Part shown: piece after piece, positions 7,242 to 11,347 of the stretch
Layout of the letters: every line of letters starts with the position of its first letter
Numbering within the stretch: the stretch's first letter is position 1
Origin: Chlamydiota bacterium
GTDB lineage: Bacteria; Chlamydiota; Chlamydiia; Chlamydiales; SM23-39
DNA length: 11,347 nt
NCBI GenBank assembly: GCA_048498835.1
Contig: JBEHXF010000056.1
Coordinates: 1-11,347, forward strand
Direction of reading: 5' to 3'
The notes under the pieces: generated by a model
The model's database searches: none
What the model saw: the letters and a program-made list of their open reading frames with translations, nothing else
Told to the model about the DNA's origin: nothing
Position numbers and translations under genes: made by a program

Positions 7242-10238
7242 ATGACAACATCAGCAATCAAGCATGCATTAAGTGGCGCCTGGAGTTACCTCCCGAATCC
7301 GGTTAAGTCTGCAGTCAAAAAAACGGCCAATGCTGCACTTAAAACCTCCGCTGTTGCTGCCTCTTATTTCGTTCCAGGAATGATCCCTTATCTCGGCATC
7401 ATCCAAGCCCCCGCTGCTGCCTATGCTGCTTATAAAGTATTTAATGGCGACCGGGTCTCTCTCTATAGCGGCCGCGTTGTCGTCGGCAATCGATCCCTCC
7501 CCTTTACCGGCAACAATCGAGACCTTCCTGAAGATCCCAAAAAACCGCTTGTCGATCTCGTTGGAAAAGTTTATGAGTTTAAAACCCGTCAGCCAGCAGG
7601 ACAGCTCTGGAAACCAGAAGTAGTTGAAGGTTCTTTAAACCCAGCACCTATCGCCCCTGTCTCCGCGGCCGAACTCAATCTCGAACAGCCACCTACCGAC
7701 GCTCTCGGAGCCAATCCTCAAAGCGAACAGAAAGATTGGCGAAACGAAGCCGATCACAACTTAAAGCAGCTCGCCCTCAACGCATCGAACTTTTCCACCC
7801 TCTATTTTCTCCACGTAAACCGACTCGGTAAAACGATCGACGAAAATCTCCTCATGCAAATCACCCAAGAAGCGTCGAAACCCGACACGAGTCTATGGTC
7901 GATTTACATGAAACATCTCGGCAAAGAGCTCGGCTTCTTCGATAAAATCGTCGCAGGTTGGTGGTATTTCTGGGGCCACACAACAGGAGTCATTGGAAAC
8001 AGTATCGAGACCTTCTTAAAAAACATTCTTCATGAATTTAGATCACAGTTAAATGACAAAGATCGAGAAAGCCATCTCGACACCCTCTTTAAAAAAATCA
8101 TTGGGCGGACCAGCTCATTCCTGGATATCTACAATGGAGCGATGCGCTCCTATGCAATGGCAGAACAGCCGGTCGGCGATGCAAAGGATTATAGAAAAGA
8201 AGCGATCAGTAACTTGTATGGGAAAAATCTAAGGACTCTCAGCATTGAATTTAGCGACATAGCCGTCGATGAATTCTTCCCTAAAGTTCCCTTCTTTGAG
8301 AACTTAAAGAAAAGCGCCTGGACAAGCTGGCTCTACGCCCCCATCGACTTCCTGTTTGGCAATTTCTTTACCTGGATTGGTAAAAAGATCGTCAAGAAGA
8401 TGCTCCCGGATGTTGTACAGAAAGTGGTAGAAAAAGGCGTTGAAGCAACGGAAGCGACCAACCTCCCCTTCTCGATTGCGATCACCAAAACCTTGACCGA
8501 GCTCTTCATTGACCTCGGCGGTACTTCTCCCGAAAATCAACCCATTGAAGCTCTCCCCGGCATGCAAGATTTGCCGATCGCCATCGACAAACTCCTCGTG
8601 ACCCTAGAGCTGATCGGACCTGACGAGGAGCTGGCTGCAAATGATACGCAACCCGTTCTCAGGAAGAAATTCAAAGAGATCGACAATCCAGATAGCACCG
8701 CTCTCAAATATATTTATGAACATGCTTATCATAAATATCTGCGCGATGAAATTAGAACAGGCATTATCCGAGCAACGCAGGTATTCCTCCTCCGTTTTGT
8801 TGAGAAACCGCAAGCAGTTGAAAAACTCTTCGCCGATCTATTCCGACTCTTTAACGTAGCCTTTGAAACCGGAGCTCCTCGAGATCAAAATGGCGTCCTG
8901 CTCCCTGCCAATGAAGTACTTCGCAATCGACGAAATGATTATGCTCAAGCCAACGAAGGACTCCAAAACGCTGCGAGCAACTTTTTCGATAAAATCGTCC
9001 GAGCCGGCGTTGCCGAATTTGTCCGGGGCGTCCCCAATACTTTGGAACTTTTGACCAAAGCTCACGACGCTCAAAAAACGGATGCGACCGAAAGCTTTAG
9101 ACAACTGAATAAAGTGGCCGCTGAAATCTCCCAAAAAGCAGCTCCTCAAAGAGGCGGTGAGCCCTTGAGTATCTTAAGCGATCTAGATCACGCCGCTGAA
9201 ATCCTCAAGAACTTTGCAAACAACTTCCAATCGCTAAAAATCCAAAACCTGCCCAAGGCTGCGCAAACCGGTTTTTACGGATCTTTCTATCCTATCTATC
9301 AACAATCAGAAGATCTCGTCACAAAACTCCTCGAAATGCAAGATCTGCAAGTAAAATACACGCACCACCATCAGCTCGCACAAGAATTTAACCAAATTCA
9401 GCTCCGCCTGGAAGAACTCTCGCGCCAAATCAACCAAAGAGTCTATCAGAGCTCCACACTCGTTGAAGAATTGAAAAAGCAAAAAGAGCGAATTCGGTCT
9501 TATCTTCCTCAAGATGCGCAAGAGCCTGTTCTCCTCCTACGACAAATCGAAACGCTGGAACAAAATCTCGCCGCTGCCAACGCCGAAGAAGCGGTGCTCT
9601 TACAACTCGAGCGGCTTGGAGGCCGTCAAGGTCTGCTCTTCCAATTAGCTGAAACCATGCAAAATCGTCCGCCAGCGGGATTCAATATCAAGCTGTGCAA
9701 CCAAGAACTCACAGAAGCTTTGAGCGCCCTAAAGCCAAATGAACAAGCTATTTTGAAGCCTCTGATCCACCAACTTCAAAATTTCAAACGGACCAAGCCT
9801 AGACCTGACATTCTAGATCTCTGGCAGAAAATTCAAGAGGCTTTGACCCAGATCGCAGATCCACATGAAACGGCTCTAGAAAATCATTTAACGAAGCTTC
9901 AGCGATCGCTTCAACCTTTCCGAGGTTGGGCAGAAAGTACCTCGGACGCTTATGCGGCCAAAAAAGAAGAAAATAACCTAGCGCTCCGTGACCTTTCTCT
10001 TCAGTGGCGCACGCAAGCAGCTCATACGGCACGAGCCATCGAACGATCTACCGTCGAAACGCAGCACCATCCACTCCAATATATTCCGGAGGCCGGAATC
10101 AATAGCTTCGCCGATTCGATTGGTCTTAAGACGATGATCATGAATAAATTCCGCAGCGCTTATAAGCTCCTCACTTCGAGCGATATCTACGATGCGACAA
10201 CGCGCATCATCATGCACGAAGTGGTTGATAGTTACTAA
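7242..10238 (+). CDS. Large hypothetical alpha-helical/coiled-coil protein; candidate secreted effector
   Basis: Uninterrupted 998-codon ORF. The N-terminus is Ser/Thr/Ala-rich without a Sec signal, followed by a hydrophobic stretch (about aa 37-67), a Pro-rich linker, aromatic amphipathic segments and a Gln/Leu/Glu-rich C-terminal third. I recognise no enzyme motif. Confidence 0.85.
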   Translation: MTTSAIKHALSGAWSYLPNPVKSAVKKTANAALKTSAVAASYFVPGMIPYLGIIQAPAAAYAAYKVFNGDRVSLYSGRVVVGNRSLPFTGNNRDLPEDPKKPLVDLVGKVYEFKTRQPAGQLWKPEVVEGSLNPAPIAPVSAAELNLEQPPTDALGANPQSEQKDWRNEADHNLKQLALNASNFSTLYFLHVNRLGKTIDENLLMQITQEASKPDTSLWSIYMKHLGKELGFFDKIVAGWWYFWGHTTGVIGNSIETFLKNILHEFRSQLNDKDRESHLDTLFKKIIGRTSSFLDIYNGAMRSYAMAEQPVGDAKDYRKEAISNLYGKNLRTLSIEFSDIAVDEFFPKVPFFENLKKSAWTSWLYAPIDFLFGNFFTWIGKKIVKKMLPDVVQKVVEKGVEATEATNLPFSIAITKTLTELFIDLGGTSPENQPIEALPGMQDLPIAIDKLLVTLELIGPDEELAANDTQPVLRKKFKEIDNPDSTALKYIYEHAYHKYLRDEIRTGIIRATQVFLLRFVEKPQAVEKLFADLFRLFNVAFETGAPRDQNGVLLPANEVLRNRRNDYAQANEGLQNAASNFFDKIVRAGVAEFVRGVPNTLELLTKAHDAQKTDATESFRQLNKVAAEISQKAAPQRGGEPLSILSDLDHAAEILKNFANNFQSLKIQNLPKAAQTGFYGSFYPIYQQSEDLVTKLLEMQDLQVKYTHHHQLAQEFNQIQLRLEELSRQINQRVYQSSTLVEELKKQKERIRSYLPQDAQEPVLLLRQIETLEQNLAAANAEEAVLLQLERLGGRQGLLFQLAETMQNRPPAGFNIKLCNQELTEALSALKPNEQAILKPLIHQLQNFKRTKPRPDILDLWQKIQEALTQIADPHETALENHLTKLQRSLQPFRGWAESTSDAYAAKKEENNLALRDLSLQWRTQAAHTARAIERSTVETQHHPLQYIPEAGINSFADSIGLKTMIMNKFRSAYKLLTSSDIYDATTRIIMHEVVDSY

Positions 10239-10309
10239 GAAACTGTCTGCTGATTTTCTAATTCACTGTCCAATTCCTTTTCCGCGCTTTTTAATTGCTC
10301 GAACTTCAT
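10235..10309 (-). CDS. Possible 24-aa micro-ORF or gene remnant (MKFEQLKSAEKELDSELENQQTVS)
   Basis: Read manually. The frame is open from 10348 to 10235, the peptide is charged and helical-looking, and its TAG overlaps the TAA of the 998-aa gene. No clear SD precedes the ATG. Confidence 0.2.
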   Translation of the reverse strand: MKFEQLKSAEKELDSELENQQTVS

Positions 10310-10424
10310 CGACTTATTCAAGTCGTCTTCGTTCTCCGCAATTAAAAATCATCGAAAAATCAAATTGTCCCTTAAATGAGAAAATCCGTAGACAGCTTCT
10401 AAGCCTCTCCATTAACATGACCGA

Positions 10425-10937
10425 ATGGAAAAGCATTTCACAGCGACTGTCTATCTCTTTCACAACAATAAAGTGCTTCTTCATAAACACCCTAAGTTCA
10501 ACAAGTGGCTTCCTCCAGGTGGCCATCTAGAACCAAACGAAACCCCGACTCAAGCAGCTCGTCGCGAAGTACTCGAAGAAACCAACCTCGACATCACCTT
10601 CTTCGATCTCAACCATCTCCACCTCGACTTTCCTCACGCATCCACTCTCGAGAGACCTTTTCACATCTTGCTCGAAAACATCCCTGAAAAAAACTCCAAA
10701 CCGGCTCATCAGCACATAGATTTAATCTATCTAGCCAGACCTGTAGACCCTTCGCAGCTCAACTCAACTGAATTTCAATGGTTTGATGCAACCGAGCTCG
10801 CCTCGATTGAGGACGAGTTATTTTCCGATACGCAGCGCATTCTCGCGCTACTTCTCACCAGCGGCGGGGGTGAATTCTCTCTTCCTTCTGAGTCTTCGCG
10901 GCTTCCCCATTCTTCTTTTGCTCATCACACGAAGTAA
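10425..10937 (+). CDS. NUDIX hydrolase
   Basis: Nudix box GGHLEPNETPTQAARREVLEETNL, preceded by HFTATVYL..VLLHKH..WLPP and followed by HQHIDLIY. The substrate cannot be assigned. Confidence 0.95.
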   Translation: MEKHFTATVYLFHNNKVLLHKHPKFNKWLPPGGHLEPNETPTQAARREVLEETNLDITFFDLNHLHLDFPHASTLERPFHILLENIPEKNSKPAHQHIDLIYLARPVDPSQLNSTEFQWFDATELASIEDELFSDTQRILALLLTSGGGEFSLPSESSRLPHSSFAHHTK

Positions 10938-10989
10938 AAGCTAACGCGAAAGATAAACCCGCAACAGCCAGCAACCACTTCTTAATCAT
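10855..10989 (-). CDS. Small predicted lipoprotein, 44 aa (below the ORF-track cutoff)
   Basis: Manual translation gives MIKKWLLAVAGLSFALAFTSCDEQKKNGEAAKTQKEERIHPRRW*. It has a KK n-region, a hydrophobic h-region, lipobox FTS|C (Cys21) and a charged mature part. SD-like GAGGGTG lies just upstream of the ATG. Confidence 0.75.
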   Translation of the reverse strand: MIKKWLLAVAGLSFALAFTSCDEQKKNGEAAKTQKEERIHPRRW

Positions 10990-11067
10990 AACACCCTCAT
11001 AAACTCCAATTACCTCCTCCCCCTAATTATTCCAACAAAAATAAATAGAATAAAAATAGAAAAGAAA

Positions 11068-11231
11068 AAAAATCGGGCACGGGCACGCACACGGGCTCGG
11101 GCACGTTAAGGACCGCGAACTTCGCCGCGGCCATAGACCGCGTTGCGTAATAACGCGAAGCGCCTATTCCCGCAACGGAGTTGCGGTCGTTACCGTGCCC
11201 GTGTGCGAGCCCGTGCCCGTGCCCGATTTTT
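11068..11231. repeat. 164-bp imperfect palindrome with CGGGCA hexamer-repeat arms (REPIN/MITE-like element)
   Basis: Perfect 20-bp terminal inverted repeat AAAAATCGGGCACGGGCACG (11068-11087 / 11212-11231), five hexamers per arm, and pairing that continues inward to a CGTAA loop at 11146-11150. Confidence 0.9.
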
Positions 11232-11248
11232 CGTTTCGCTAATTCTGA

Positions 11249-11281
11249 TCATTTCCTGCTGCCATTGGCAGCATAAAATGA
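11249..11281. repeat. Inverted repeat/hairpin
   Basis: TGCTGCCA-T-TGGCAGCA (11257-11273) is a perfect dyad, extended by TCATTT/AAATGA after a 2-nt mismatch. Confidence 0.7.
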
Positions 11282-11322
11282 CAGAGAGGAAAGAGGGCCG
11301 CCGCCGATGGCGGCGGCCCTCT
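11282..11322 (-). terminator. Strong GC-rich hairpin; probable terminator of a minus-strand gene beyond the window, or a REP-like unit
   Basis: Perfect 14-bp stem AGAGGGCCGCCGCC (11292-11305) / GGCGGCGGCCCTCT (11309-11322) with a 3-nt loop. On the minus strand it is followed by the pyrimidine tract TTCCTCTCTG, an imperfect U-tract. Confidence 0.5.
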
Positions 11323-11347
11323 CCACCACGTCGATGTTGGTTCTTCG

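Noticed and set aside
7423..10217. Short ORFs nested in or antisense to the 998-aa gene
   Set aside because: These are expected shadow ORFs with no independent support.
10192..10530. 112-aa plus-strand ORF bridging the large gene and the NUDIX gene
   Set aside because: It overlaps two well-supported genes out of frame and has no recognisable motif or SD.
10314..10715. Minus-strand ORFs 10314-10526 and 10527-10715, and plus-strand ORF 10505-10687
   Set aside because: These are shadow frames of the NUDIX gene with no protein-like features.
11068..11231. CRISPR array or tRNA interpretation of the repeat region
   Set aside because: The repeats are contiguous 6-mers in inverted arms with no unique spacers and no cas genes. 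There are no T-loop or D-loop motifs and no tRNA-sized cloverleaf.

Overview
An 11.3 kb chromosomal window, most likely from an environmental chlamydia (phylum Chlamydiota). This is inferred from the gene set and order (dcd, ruvB without ruvA, SpoIID, tandem CNNM/CBS genes, short MazG), not from a search. On the minus strand are dcd, a small FtsB/DivIC-like membrane protein, two translationally coupled CNNM/CorB-type CBS proteins and a divergent SAM methyltransferase. Divergently on the plus strand are ruvB, a SpoIID/LytB protein and the SRP RNA (ffs) with its own promoter and terminator. A convergent mazG overlaps ffs. The right-hand part looks more accessory: a 998-aa helical protein with no motif I recognise (candidate secreted effector), a NUDIX hydrolase, a 44-aa lipoprotein missed by the ORF track that lies antisense to the NUDIX 3' end, a 164-bp palindromic element built on CGGGCA hexamers, and two further hairpins. 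No CRISPR array, transposase, tRNA or rRNA was seen. The best candidates for something new are the palindromic element, the small lipoprotein and the 998-aa protein.
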